A stretch of 63,393 nt of DNA, filler included, from Choristocarpus tenellus KU-1152 (GCA_964200185.2; 12 parts of 12 records of this genome joined end to end with filler, not necessarily neighbours in it); one strand, 5' to 3'; counted from the first letter of the whole stretch, positions 1 to 12,740 are shown. Notes: a model not told the origin generated them from the sequence alone. Made by a program: numbers and translations.

Positions 1-19
1 CCCCAGATACTTGGGGTCG

Positions 20-345
20 TCTGCAGATGTGCAAACAGTCTCCCATCTGTCCCATTCATCCATCAGCAATGATGTACCTGCTGCAGCATCTGAGGCGTCG
101 AAGCTCACCCACTAAGAGGGCTCTTTTGACCCTCGAAATTTTAATGTCAACATCTTCGTGATGGAAAATTTTGGGCGACTTGGTAAGCAAGCAGAAAGGT
201 TTCTGGATGAGTTCGATACACACACAGTAAGGTGGAAAGGGGTGGGGGAGGTTGCAGCAGGAAAGGAGCTGTCAAATGCCATTTACAACAGATTGTGTCC
301 GTCATAACACAAGTGTCTCTATCAAGACATGTCATGCGTTTAAGC
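20..345 (+). mobile_element. 3' fragment of a CRE/R2-like non-LTR retrotransposon (restriction-like endonuclease region), decayed
   Basis: Manual translation gives AAASEASKLTH*EGSFDPRNFNVNIFVMENFGRLGKQAERFLDEF...RKGAVKCHLQQIVSVITQVSLSRHVMR. This matches the 'AA..E..K..Y...F...vE.fGrlG..A..fl' C-terminal signature of RLE-type LINEs. Related copies at 27733-27801 and 32040-32310. Confidence 0.6.
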
Positions 346-636
346 TGGGAACAGGGAGATGGGCAAGGAGGGGCTTGATAGATTCTTGGGGTGCTTTCCT
401 AGGTCCTCGCCCTGCAGTGTAGGGCTAAGCTAAGTTGGAGGCATAGGAGGGGAGTGGTGTAGTATAGCTGGTAGTCAAATAGTAAATGGATTTTGGAGAG
501 ATTTATTTACTTTTTCAGGGGTCCTTATGATATTGAATTTTTTTTCCCTGACATATCTGCAAAATGTCAGAGGGCATGATAATATATTTATCGGTATTTT
601 TGCAATTTCTACCAGTATCTTTTATTTATATTAGTA

Positions 637-963
637 TGCCCTCTGACATTTTGCAGATATGTCAGAGAGGAAACCAATGAAAACTACACATATGTCGTTA
701 TTAGCCTTACGGAAATAAATATCCTAAACGTGAGAACACAATAAAACACTGTAAGTGTGGAAACCACTAATCTATCAGTTACTTCACCGCTATCAAATAT
801 TGTACTACTGTCTTCCTGTGCTTCCCATCTACCTACTCCTGTGCCCCGCCATGTTTTATAGTATTTTTCACATTTATGATATTTTATTTCTTTAGGGCTT
901 ATACTGACATGTGTATAGTTTTCATTTGTTTCCCTGACACATCTGCAAAATGTCAGAGGGGTA
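637..963. mobile_element. Tc1/mariner-type MITE with ~90-bp terminal inverted repeats and TA TSD
   Basis: Left end TGCCCTCTGACATTTTGCAGATATGTCAG...GAAATAAATATC matches the reverse complement of the right end (TACCCCTCTGACATTTTGCAGATGTGTCAG...GAAATAAAATATC), with TA on both flanks. A solo end lies at 545-578 and partial copies at ~33046-33163 and ~33379-33396. Confidence 0.75.
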
Positions 964-1499
964 TAATAATAAATACTAGTATGTAGTACTACCGTTGAAA
1001 TTTTGGACGGTAAGGGTACAGCAAGTCTGGAATTTCCACGGTAAGATATGGTACCATTTGCCGTGGACAAAACCCTATGGTACGGTAACTTACCTCCAAA
1101 TACCGTACGCATTACCATGGTGATCATTACCATGACGGCCCTTGTTTTTATGTAAACATGACTGTGTTTGCCATACTGGTATCATTTAAGTATATGGTCA
1201 CCTTACTCTGAACGATCCCACCTGACCTTTCGTCGAAAAGGAAATAGAAAGTGGTTGAGAATTGAGAAATGTCAACAAGGCCCATAATAATATATAGTAA
1301 GGCAGTGGAAAGAAATACAAATAGAAGAAAAGAAAAGCAATAAAATTAACAGAAAAAAAGAATAGAACCCGCAGGTGGAAAACCTCTATCACTCAAAAAA
1401 TAACACAAGAGGAAGAGAATAAGAAAAAAATGTACACAAGAGCATCAACGTAGTAGGAACATACGCTGAAAAGGCAGCATTCAATAGACGGTAGTGATG

Positions 1500-2660
1500 G
1501 TGGTGGTTTTGGAGACTTGGGTGCCTCTGCTTTAGCGGAACAACCATTAGCTAGCTATCACAGGTTCCTTGGAATACCACTCTGCCATGAAGCTCTCTTT
1601 GCCGGGATCCACATACTCAGATCACCTTTGTATTGGCTAGTGGCGTTGTTGTTCCCACCCTCAACCGCAATCTCAAACTTCTCAAGATCGTTTTGGCATA
1701 TCTACCAGTTTTTCTGCTGACTACCTTGCTTCCGTTTTGCAAACAAAAGCTCCCTAAACATCATTTTAGAAGTCTTTCATCCCCCATGTGTGCAACTGAT
1801 CCAGCAAATATAGGAGTCTCCACATGCGCATAATTTCCTTAGTACTCTCACACCCAGTATTCACTTTCAGGATGAAATGCCAAGAACAGGTTAGAAGTTG
1901 TGTGCAACAAGGAATGATGTGTAGGGAGGGGAAAATGGGCAAGAAAATAGAAATATACAAGTGGGTAAGAGATGGGGGGGGAGGAGAATGAGTGTTGTCA
2001 AACATTGAGATACCACTGTTCCACTGGGGTGGACAGTTGCGAAGAACATTTCTGTAGAGCAGGATAGGATCAATACGTTCCCATCTGCGGAATCCTATAC
2101 AGAGGAGGAGGAATTTGTGGTGAGGAGAAAGGAGCTCCAGGTAAAAAACATGGCGGATTGTCCGTGACTTAGAACCAGTTATCAAACCCTCAAGCACTTG
2201 GGCCTTGAGCATTTGAGTCTTAACCTCATCATTAAGTAATACACTTGATGCCCTGTCAAAATGGGCTGGACTGCATTAGTGGAAACAACTCCAGGCTTTC
2301 CGCAGAGATAGTGGTATCGTCACTGGTGTGGTTCCTCTAAGGTAAACAAACGCAATGGTCTTCTTGTAGGCCTGGTCCTGTGCCTTTATCCACATGATTC
2401 CTATAACCTTACTAGGAGGGCAAAGAGACGTGGTCTCCGACATTAATTCCACCACAATCAGGCTGAATGATCTGGACACCTTCACAACACTGTCGTTATC
2501 TTGCTTGGGTCTTGGAGACAATGCCCGCACGCATCATCAGCATATGCCATACCCTACAAGTGCTGCTCACCAGGTGTTACCCCACTCCCTAGTACTCCTC
2601 TTTGTCTGATCTGCTTGTTTGTGACCGCTCCCTTATTGACAACGAGATCCTTGGAGAGGG
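1500..2660 (-). mobile_element. Decayed RTE-like LINE reverse transcriptase (3' half)
   Basis: Minus strand reads GMAYADDAC (YADD motif, ~2525-2555), FVYLRG, MLKAQVLEGLITG...HHKFLLLCIGFRRWERIDPILLYRNVL and KRKQGSQQKNW...DLEKF...FMAEW. This is typical RTE RT and thumb/3' region, with many stops and frameshifts. Confidence 0.65.
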
Positions 2661-3164
2661 ATGAGCCATAGGCAAACTCCTTAATTAATTGATACATTTA
2701 GTGGACTGGAGTGAAGAAGATATTGGTGAGAATGGGAGCAAGAACACGCCCCTGCCTAAGACCTTGTCCAACCTCGAACCAGAATTTGCCATGCCCTGAC
2801 TCAACAATTACTGATCATAGATAAATGAAGGAGAGGATCGTTGTGTTATAGTCTGTGATTTTGTGATGTGATGGGAGATGTAAAACTCCCCATCCATATC
2901 CATATGACTTGCCCATAACAAAAAAAAAATTGCAAAACCTTGGTGATATAGTCTCTGAATTCGTGACTTAATGGAGGTGAAGAATCCACCACACCCATAT
3001 AATCTACCCATACTACCACTACTACACCTACGATCAACAACTACTGCTATTATAATAATTACAACAATAATACTAATGATGAAGATAATGGTGATGATAA
3101 GAATAGTAAAATCAATAACAGTAATAATGGTAACAGCAATAAGAATAATGACACCTTCACACTA

Positions 3165-4691
3165 GTACCTCCGAGTCATAAGCCTGTGCTGCGTTGTCCT
3201 TGACTTTTCAAGATGAAATTAATTTCTGAACGAAGACTTGAAATCCTCGACGAATTTCTGGTTAGGTTCGGCTCTTTTTATTATTATTACTCCATCTATC
3301 ACAATTTTATCAGCCACAGAAAAAGCATCCATGTCTACGTTCAGAGTGTTTTCAAGCTCACCAGACAACTGCCTCTTCCTTACCCCTGTGTGCTCCACAC
3401 TGAAGTCATTCCCCTCTTTGTACCTAAGCACTTTGTACACCACAAAAAGGAGATGCCAAGCCCTACTGTTTCTTAATGACCTTCACCATCTGCTTGATGA
3501 ACTCAAACCACTCACCCATCACCTGGCATTTCAACGACCTGAAAAAGCACAGGTCCATGATATTGAGGTCGGGGGAGTTAGATGGCTGCGTGACAAATAT
3601 AATCGATCCCCCCTCAGTTTTTCCTACCCCCAACGTGCTTCCCCTGCGACCAAGGCATCTTGGTCTTGATTGCAGGCAGTAACTCCTCCGTGTATCACTT
3701 CCTGTACAACAAATGGTCTAAAGCACAGTCCTGCTCATACATGCACCCCTTTTTATGGTTCTTGCTTGTCCTGTCTGCCGTTTTTGGCGAACACACACGC
3801 CAAACACCAAGCTTTCCATCAAAGCTGTGAGCCGAATCTGGGCGGGCGTCGACTGTAATGGTCATGGTTTAGAGGATATGACTCTTGTGCTGCACAGTAG
3901 GGGACCCTGGAAGGTCGCTATCATCCTCATGCGGAAATACCTTAACCCTGTTCCCATCAACCATCACGAAAAAAAAGGTTTTCGCCACATGGATCGTGTT
4001 CGCCGTAGAGGCGTACACACTACGTTTCCGATCCACTTGATCGCAAATAAAGTCCATTCTCTATATCCTTTGCCACGATTTAAGCTTGGGTTTGATCCAG
4101 CGGCAATTCGGCATGACCCCCATATCAATTAATTACCTGTTATAGTGCTCGTGCTCTAATTCAGCCCATTGGCTGCCATCTTCATTGTCACCTGACGCAC
4201 TATGGATGAACGATTATCGGAGTTGATACTATGTATTGCGGCCATCTTGGTAGGTGTGAGCTTCGAAGGCTGTCCACTACGTGCCACCACCCCTAGGTCA
4301 AGCGTGTGGCCACAGCTAAGCTGATAGGCGACATCCTCCCAGAGCCCTTGCATGTAACGCTCAGGCATTTGTGCATGCTGCACTGTAAGCGCAACCCTGG
4401 TATTCAGGGACACTTGGACACCCTTCCTACTTGGGGGGGTCGACGGGGGGGTTGCCATGCCAACATTCTGACCCTCGACGTGCCCAGTTCTGACCTCAAA
4501 ATCACCCCAAAAGACCACTACTTTGACGGTTTGAAGCACCTCGAGTTTGTACCTGATGATCCACCTTTTCTAAAAGCTGAGATTGTCAACCCAATTTCAT
4601 TCTGTGGGTTTATTTTTATCATCCGATTCGGCGCCGTTCTAGCTCGGCGAGCCCAGATATTTCGCGGCACAAACTTATGGCACAGAGGTAG
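3165..4691 (-). mobile_element. TIR-bounded plant-type (DD39D-like) mariner element, transposase pseudogenised
   Basis: TIRs GTACCTCCGAGTCATAAGCCTGTGCTGCG and (reverse complement) CTACCTCTGTGCCATAAGTTTGTGCCGCG, flanked by TA at 3163-3164 and 4692-4693. Minus-strand motifs WIKPKL...RMDFIC, IHVAKTFFF, VQHKSHI, FDGKLGVW, QPSNSPDLNIMDLCFF and VLRYKEGNDF. Confidence 0.85.
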
Positions 4692-5170
4692 TACTACTAT
4701 GTACTATTAAGGAATTAGTGCGTAATCGTAAAACCTTAATTTTGTACGCCAGTTTGTTCAATATTTTACGAGACAAAATTCAGGTTGTGTGTCACTTTTC
4801 GCTTTATCACTACCGAAGCCTTCACCATATATCGAAGCTAGGTGGCGCATTGGAAAGATCAGGATCGCGGGTTCCACAGGTGTACATTTCTTCTGCAGGG
4901 AGGGGTTTCCTAGCGGTTGCATGGTAGCACTTAGAAGTTGAACCATCTGCTTCAGGTTTGTCAATTCGGGAATGGAACAATCTCGTGCTGATGACGTCCA
5001 AGAAGCATCAAATATTTCTATGAGGAAAATTTTTAATAAAACCTTGAATCCAGGCTACGTTGGGGCTTTCCGCTGTTCAAAGTCATTCATGCGATGTATG
5101 TAATCCAACAAGGGGGTATGGCAATTGGTGTTCGGAGGAAGTTGCAATAGGTTGGGATCATGGCAAAGTA

Positions 5171-5428
5171 TGTTGAGAAGCTTGGTGCACGTAAGGCTCG
5201 TCGCCGAAAGCTAGCAGTTGAATTGCATGGTAAAGCACACACACTGAATTATATCAATTGCCTGTCAAATATCCATCGTTACTGACATGTGAATGAATGT
5301 TGACTTATTATATCTTATATACGTACGTACTTTGTATCATACCTAACCAATTATAAACGTACGCATAACTTATGTTATATTCTTGTGTCAGCACAAACAA
5401 CGTAAGGATAACACTAGGTTATTCGACG
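5171..5428 (-). repeat. 3' LTR of the Copia element
   Basis: Begins immediately after the PPT (GCAAGGGGAGGA on minus) and ends in ...CTTCTCAACA on minus. The terminal 28 bp match 8660-8687 at 26/28. Confidence 0.7.
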
Positions 5429-7984
5429 TCCTCCCCTTGCTGAAAACAAGTATTAACTCCCAAACGATCACAACAATAACAAAAAAATAAAACACCCATG
5501 TTGTCAAGAAACTCGAACTGGCAAATTCTTTGTCGAGACATCTGCCCTCTGGTTTGCGGTACCAACAAAAACAACACGAATCTCTCCTTTTCTAGACAAA
5601 TCCCTCAAAAATGATGTCGGACATCAATGTGCTTTGTTCTAACAGAGCTTGTGGCATTTCGTACTAGTTTGCATGCACCATCGTTATCCTCAAACAAGTC
5701 AATGCAACGCCTAGGAAACTGTGACTGAACAAACTCAAAAACACTTCTCAATAAAAGTAATTCCTGTGCCCTCTACTAAGTGCTATGTATTCACTCTCTG
5801 TGGAAGATAGAGCTACAACTCTTTGCACCTTTGACATCCAAGATATTGCTCCTCCTGCAAACATAATTGCTCCTCCAGTCACTGATCTACGATCATTCCA
5901 GTCTCCAGCATAACTGGCATCAGCACAAGCACTCAACTCACACTCAGTACTAAAACCACCAAAACTCAATCCAACACTGGGACACGTATTCAAATATGCT
6001 AAAATACATTTTACTGCACGCCAATGTGTGACTTTGGGATTGATACTGTACTTGGCAACTTCGCGAGAACTGCATTTGCAATGTCAAGCCTAGTCATAAC
6101 AGATGCCCACATCAAACTACCAACCGCCTTTCTCTACGGTGTATTTTCATCAACACTTGGATTATTCTCACTCTTGTCTAGAGTTCTTGAGACATCATGG
6201 GGTACCGACCTCTTCTTTGCATCATCCATACTAAATCTTTGACTAACACCTATAATGTACCTAGTCTGACTGATGGTGACAGTCTGTGCATTTATGTCAC
6301 GTGAAATCTCACAACACATATAATACTCAATATCACCAAAGTCTTCTGTGGAAAACTGCTCTTTGATCCTAGAGCGAACCCAAATCAAAATATTCATTTT
6401 ACCAGCTACCAAAAGATGATCTACGTGGGGGGCTATCACAGCACAAACAACGCCATTTCTTACATAGCGTAACACACAAGGGTCAGCTCTACATTGCTCA
6501 AAACCACACTTTTCCAAAACGTGCACCAACAGATTATTAAACTCTCTGCTTGCCTGTTTGGTGCCATAGAGGGCCTTGATCAAACGTAAAATCTTTCCAG
6601 ACCATATACCACAACCATCACATAAACGTACAAAACACTCTTCTCTAATATCAGCTTGTATGAACGCTTGCTTCACATCCCAATGCTTTAATTCCCAATT
6701 TCTGTCTGCAGCTAAAGCTAAAAACATTTTCAAAGATGCAGGGGACGGTGTTGGTGCAAAGGTATCTTGGTAATCTAAACCCTCAATCTGTCGAAAACCT
6801 TTTGCTACCAAACGTGCCTTGTATCTAACTACCTCACCAAATTTGTTAGTCTTCCGCTAGTAAATCCATTTAGTGTCTATAGCCCTGCGTCCAGGGGGTA
6901 AGACGGCCTCCACCCAAATATTATTCAACAACAAACCAGACATCTGTTCTGCTTTAGCTCGATCCCATAAATCACATTCGAGAGAGCCACGTGCTGCTCT
7001 TACAGTCTTGGGTTCTGGAGGGAGCTCATTCGCTAACACTCTAATATAATCATCACTCGCACACATCACAAGAGTAGTCTCTATGGAAACAGACAAACTA
7101 TATCAAACAATGGAACTCTTACAAGATAAAACAGCAGAAAAATCCAATAAGCTTGCATAATGGTGACCTCATCATTCGGTCTCCACTTCCTGTTATCAAT
7201 GGTTAGGCGATCTAGCTCCTGGGGTATACGCCTAGCCTCCTGGCGTGTCTTAGGCATGAACGCCGCATCAAGGGCGCGTCACCCTGCACTCGGAGACCCC
7301 TACCCTCGGTCTTGTAGCATGAGTAGCATCAGCTGCAACTCGTTCCTCCATAACAATAAACATCTCTCTTATATTTCACTTGTCCTCTCGATCAGTCGAG
7401 GAGATACTATTCTCAACACCCCCCAGCTCTTGGACTGAGAGTAGGTACGATGTGTCCTCTGGTCCTCGGGAGATGTGAAGGGAAGTGAGCAGATAACAAA
7501 TAAAATAACAGTTGCTGCCAAAGGTGTTTCTCCTGGGCGTGGTAGTCTTTCGGCGTTAGCTGTGTACATGGATCCATTCCACTTAAAAACGGGCGGATAA
7601 CCCTCCCCATCATGTATGTGGTATGCATCATTAGTCAATTTGGTGATCACTTCCTCAGCCCTACTTGCAGAATGAGCAGAAAGAAGGTTGAAAGCTATCT
7701 TCGGGACAAGCGCAACAGACGTCAACGTAACATTCACCCACTCATCATGGCCAACATTGAAATTTAAATCAATTTTGCCGTACCCTACAATGGGCAGTGA
7801 TATGCTGTCAGCCACAGTCATTTTGTGGCCTTGTGGACATGTGGTGAATCCATACACATGAATCGAGTCTTTTGTTACACTGTTGGAAGCACCCGAATTG
7901 AAATACCACATTTCGAGAGCATTCAAACTCACCTCGCCATTGTTAGTGATTGCGGCTAACATGGTCTTAAATCTCCTTCCTGTC

Positions 7985-8195
7985 CTAGCCGGTTCTTCTG
8001 ATCCAGCCTCGAACTTCCTCCATGGCCTAGCCGGTTCCTCTGATCCAGCTAGTTCTTTCACCACCTCTTGCGGAGTCGCCCTCTGGCGATATGAATTCCC
8101 ACCGACTTTGGTGGTCCTGCCTTGGCCGGTTCCTCTGATCCAGCTAGTTCTTCCGCCACCTTGTGCAGAGTCGCCCTCTGGCGATATGTATTTCC
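7985..8195 (-). repeat. Internal tandem duplications in the Copia gag-pol linker (AGSEEPAR peptide repeats)
   Basis: GCCGGTTCYTCTGATCCAGC occurs three times, and a ~70-bp block is duplicated with a period of ~97 bp. Confidence 0.8.
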
Positions 8196-8689
8196 AGTCT
8201 GCACCTATGTGAATATTTTTCTTTTGGACCTGGTCAGCCTTTCCAGTCCGCACCTTGTGCATGTTTGTTTTACCCTAGCCAGCCTTCTGGGACGGGATCC
8301 TGTCATCCCAGGGTGTGTACGATGACCAGTCGTACCTTGGTTGCCTCCTCGGTTAACCTTTTTTACGATCCTCGCGGCCAGAGCGCTCCCGGGCTCTCCT
8401 CGATCTCCTACCTCTCGTTGGAGTGAGAAGTAGCGCGAACGAGTAGCTTTTTGTAATGTAGCTCTCGAACGCTGGCCTTGGTGATCGCTTCTTCATCCAC
8501 ACCTTCCTTCTAGATGAAATCTATATCACCTGCTTTGATAAGTTTCTTCTTACTCCATGTGAGATCCATCAGAAGCCATGAGCGATGTGCTTACCAATTC
8601 AAGACAAACCAGTCCGGCTGCGCCTCCCCTAGCTACAGTTTGTGTTAGGCGCTTAAGCGTGTTGAGAAGCTTGGCGCACATAAGGCTGT

Positions 8690-9126
8690 CCATTTCCACT
8701 GAAGGAGTTGAACCCCGCATTTTTGTTAACCTCGTCGTCTGCTGTCACTTTGAAACTGGAGAAAGAGCGCGCTTGGATTCCGTCGACTTTGTTGCTGCTC
8801 CCACGAGTTGGAGGTGGTGGAAATGTTCCGGGTGCCATCCCAGGCGAATGTGTTGCCGGTGGCTTTCCTTTCAAGTATTGATAGCAATTCTGCCATCGGT
8901 GGCTCATCCTTCTACAATATCCACATTGAGTTGGCCTGAGGCTGCTTCCAGCTGATCCCCTGGTCTTCCGAACATGGCCGTTCTTCACGTTGCCATGCAT
9001 TGTTAATACCCCATCATGACAATCTTGACCTGAGTGAAGGTAAGTTGTCGACGAGATGACTGCTCGTTTGAGCTCCTCATAGCTGATGTCCGGGCGCGTT
9101 ATCAATTGCGCGAACGCATGTGACAT
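8690..9126 (-). mobile_element. Retroelement gag fragment with CCHC zinc knuckle
   Basis: ORF 8653-9126 contains CGYCRRMSHRWQNC (CX2CX4HX4C) and abuts the truncated 5' LTR. Confidence 0.65.
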
Positions 9127-9187
9127 TGATTCCTTGATCTCAAGTAGTATGGATGCCCTCTTGACCCAAAGTATCTGGGAGGGGGGG

Positions 9188-9287
9188 NNNNNNNNNNNNN
9201 NNNNNNNNNNNNNNNNNNNNNNNNNNNNNNNTTAATTAATTAANNNNNNNNNNNNNNNNNNNNNNNNNNNNNNNNNNNNNNNNNNNN
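9188..9287. other. Artificial 100-bp contig spacer (N-TTAATTAATTAA-N), first of 11
   Basis: Identical spacers at 14688, 23242, 27802, 30576, 35451, 41642, 46003, 51413, 55992 and 59490. TTAATTAATTAA places stop codons in all six frames. Confidence 0.98.
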
Positions 9288-9380
9288 CCCCCCACACCAG
9301 ATACTTTGACCCAAGTCAGGGTGCCACGTTGATCACAGGTTCAAGACCATTACAAATTAAACTAAATAATATTGTGCAAT

Positions 9381-9433
9381 TGTGAGAGCCACCTTCCAAA
9401 GAAGGTATATCTTGAAGCTAACCTATCTCGAAG
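9381..9433. repeat. Probable LTR terminus (TGTGAGAGCC...), second copy at 45909-45960
   Basis: About 50 bp of shared sequence starting exactly at TG in two different contigs, with unrelated upstream flanks. Confidence 0.45.
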
Positions 9434-12414
9434 AATCTGATATTCGTATGACATTTGTTTTTGCATGTTGAAAGTAACATTTGCTTGTAGTAAATTGTGG
9501 GTGGTTTGAGGGGACCTAGCAAACCCTCCTCATTCACTTTTCCACTTGTTCACTCTTTCCGGAGTGGTCTTCTGAGGGATTGCTCTCTCTCTCTCTTACC
9601 TTGTCTCTCTTCATTTTCTTGCCTCCTGTGGGTCTTCCCGTTCCCCTTCAGTCTAAAGAATCTATGGGCTTGTTTCCATCTGGTTCTAAGGGGCGATGAC
9701 AGCAGGATTGAGTTCCATGTTTGGAGAACGTCTTCCCTCGACTGTTGCCTTCAGTTTGGAGTTGATAAGGACAGGCCTTACAAATGAGTAACATTGGATG
9801 GTTGATTTTCCATTATATTAGTGTATGTCAACTCCCAGCACCATGGTTTCGAAGAGGACACTACTACGCAGACGTATAAAACAAAGGACCATCGAAAAAC
9901 ATCGCATTATGATGGATCTCACGATCGAGTGTTCTGATTGCTCTATCTACCCTTGTAACCTTTCCTGTTGAATATTTTGGTGCTCTATCCATAGTTGCTT
10001 CCCAACTTTTTTTGGTGTTGATTGTCGTTGTGATGAGTTTGTTGAAGTGTGTAACTTGCTCAATGAAGTGGTCTCATTAACATTGCTGTCGTTCACAACA
10101 ACAACAACAACTACTACAACTACATCTACAACAATACTATCTCTTCTTAGAAAACCCGTTGTTGTACGTCTGACGATACAGACTGCCTAGGGTGAGTTGC
10201 TGATTCCTAATTGGTCTTTATCTGCTCTGTTTTCCATGTGTGTAGGTGGAGGTATCAATCACTCATCAAAGCAGATACATCGAAGTATTGTCTCAATAAT
10301 GCCTTTTATCCAAAGTCTGTAAGTGCATATACATCCAAATTCCGTCATGATGGGGTATATCTCCGTTCAAGGTATTTTTGTACCGCATAAAGAAAAGCAA
10401 ACAAATAGAAGAAACGCCAAACACTGGAAGAAGAGCATAGACCAGCAGTTACGTAGGTGTCTCGTTCGGTTCAAGAAGAGTGACACCAGCTCCCACTAGT
10501 CACAGGTGGTACCAAGATCTATAATCCCAAGAAAAGACAAAACAGAACAGTTACGAAGATGTCTCATTTCACTTGAACACACAAATGCGGTACGCTCATT
10601 GTTTTTTTCAGTAGGACTCCCTATCGCTATCTGACTCAAAATCACAATGCCGACAATTGAATTTCAACCTACTCCGCCCTCTTAATTCCATATATATATG
10701 TTGCTCCTCAAGGGAGGGTTAATCCACCTATTGCTATGATCCCACTCAGTGGTGGTTAGGGTTAGGGTTTGTAGAGTGAAAGAGTAGCATGGAAGTTAGA
10801 CGAGCTTGGTGTTCCTCTCTGAATTTGTGATCTCATACAAATAGAACCCACAACTATGTCGTCTACTCACTTCATTTTTTTCTCTTTTCTAATTAGAACA
10901 TGGAAAGCACAACTAAGGGATAATATTGAGTGAAGAAGCATCACTGAAAACGAGCTGTCTGCTTGCTACAACAAGTAGTGGGGGCGATTTGAGGGTAAGA
11001 ATGACAATGTTATTTCTGGATGATTCTTCCTCAAGGACTAGAGTTTTGTCTACCTTCAATCAATGTGTAGTGATATAAAATGGGATACACACTATGGGAG
11101 TATTGATAGTATAATAATCCAAAATAAAGAAAATAATACCTTTCATTATTTGCACAAAATAGTATTGAAAACAAACCACTGTTCACTATCGCACTTCACA
11201 CACGGACTATAATTCTACTGAAGGTAACTGCGGTCTAGTCGTGCTGCCTCCGTTTGTGCCTTGTTCTTCTCGTATTGGGTTCAGCCCTCCCACCGCTCAT
11301 TTCTCCACCTCCATGATAATCTTCTCAACGGCAGGAGATGATGTGATTGGCTGCCTCCTCTGTAGAATGATAATTAGCTCGGCCAATCGAGCAGTGAGTC
11401 CCTCGGCCTACTGGCCCTCGTACTTCACTGCATCGTTCGTCACTATGCTCCCTGTCCACGATACCCTTCTTTAATGCATGGTTATTATGGTTATTGCCCA
11501 CATCTACAGCGAACTTATTGCACATACTTTGGTATTTTATCACAGCGTCAGGTGTATAGACTACCCATCAAGGGATATGCTCAATGAACATGTTTCCTAA
11601 GGTGTTTTTTCTTCCGCTTGAAGTGCCCTTCACATCCTCTTCAACTCTACCTTTCACGTTTGCCCATCTGCTGTCAGAGATTTTTACAGAACCGTAAGAG
11701 AGTCAAAGCAACTTAATGCTTAGAAAAGTTGAAATGTGCTGTATGAGTTCAGAAATGTCGTCGCTCGTACGACCTGTTCCAAAACACCATCAAAATCGAC
11801 CGGAGGATGACTGTGCCCTACTCGCCTTGACGATGTGCTGTTTATGCTGTTTTTTGGAGTTCATGAACAAAGATGGATCATGCAGTAACATCCAACTACT
11901 CTCCTAAGGGGAAGTATATGAAGTAGTCTGAGTTATGTGGGCATGATAATTCGTCGAAGGGAATACCTATGGTGAGCTGAGTGTTGGCAGGGGAAAAAAG
12001 AAAGAATTGGAAGGTGGATGAAAAGTTAAGGACTGGGTGCCTAGGAAGCAGAAGAGGTAGGAGAGAAGTTAATAGAGTTAAGTGGCAGGTGGAGGAATAA
12101 GGTAAGAAGGAATGGGGCAGAACTAAAGTTAAAGCCAAGGGTGGTGGTACAGGACAAGCGGGACAAGACTTTGGCAACCTCTGAGCATCTTTACCACCCG
12201 CCCACCCTTTCGATTGCTCACGATCGAGTGGGATGTTGAGGAGGGGGGGGAGCGGTCAAGTTCGAGCGGAGTAGATGTCTTTTAGTTCTAAGGCACGGTA
12301 TTGAAGAGGATGGTGGAGGGGTGTTCTTGGATAAATGTGGAGTGGAGTTGAGTGGTATGGTGTAGTGGAAAGTGATGGACGGTATTATGGAGGAATGTGG
12401 GTGGATTCGAGGAA

Positions 12415-12740
12415 ATTGGTCGCATTGGTTGGTGACTAGAAACTGGTGGGGAAGATTGGCCACACTGGTTGGTCATGGGATATGGCACGTGACTGGAATC
12501 AGTCGCGAAGATTGATCGCATGGGTTGGCTATCAGATATGATTGGTGACTGGAAATTAGTAGCGAATAATGGTCGTACTGGATGGTCAATGGATATGCGG
12601 GATTGGCCCTGTCAGCTGGTGACTGGAATTCAGTCGCGAACAATGGTCGCACTGGTTGGTTACTGGGCACGTGGGATTGACCACATTGGTTGGTCTATTT
12701 TGGTTAGCGGCGAAGGTCGGTCGCACTGGTTGGTCACGAG
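12415..12740. repeat. Degenerate minisatellite with conserved core and variable linkers
   Basis: Core GTGACTGGAA..AGTCGCGAA.AATGGTCGCACTGGTTGG recurs about 4 times, with additional half-units. Confidence 0.7.

Larger units (their letters stand above)
5171..8687 (-). mobile_element. Ty1/Copia LTR retrotransposon, defective (integrase not detectable, 5' LTR truncated)
   Basis: Protease motif WYFNSGAS (ORF 7369-8262), RVT_2-type RT (6134-7096: AKGFRQIEGLDYQDTFAP, DVKQAF, KALYGTKQASREF, ADPC) and RNase H (ADASYAGDWNDRRSVTG, VALSSTESEY, KHIDVRHHF). PPT-like purine tract at 5429-5440. The 28-bp LTR end at 5171-5198 recurs at 8660-8687. Confidence 0.9.

Noticed and set aside
4306-4710. 134-aa plus-strand ORF
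   Set aside because: Antisense shadow of the mariner element with no recognisable domain.
9232-9243. Recurring TTAATTAATTAA motif and 'XXXLIN' ORFs
   Set aside because: Artificial six-frame stop linker inside the N spacers.
9335-9350. Pol III B-box-like GGTTCAAGACC (tRNA or SINE)
   Set aside because: No A-box or cloverleaf can be built around it.
12415-12740. CRISPR array
   Set aside because: Repeats are too degenerate, linkers are unequal and related, there are no cas genes, and the context is eukaryotic.
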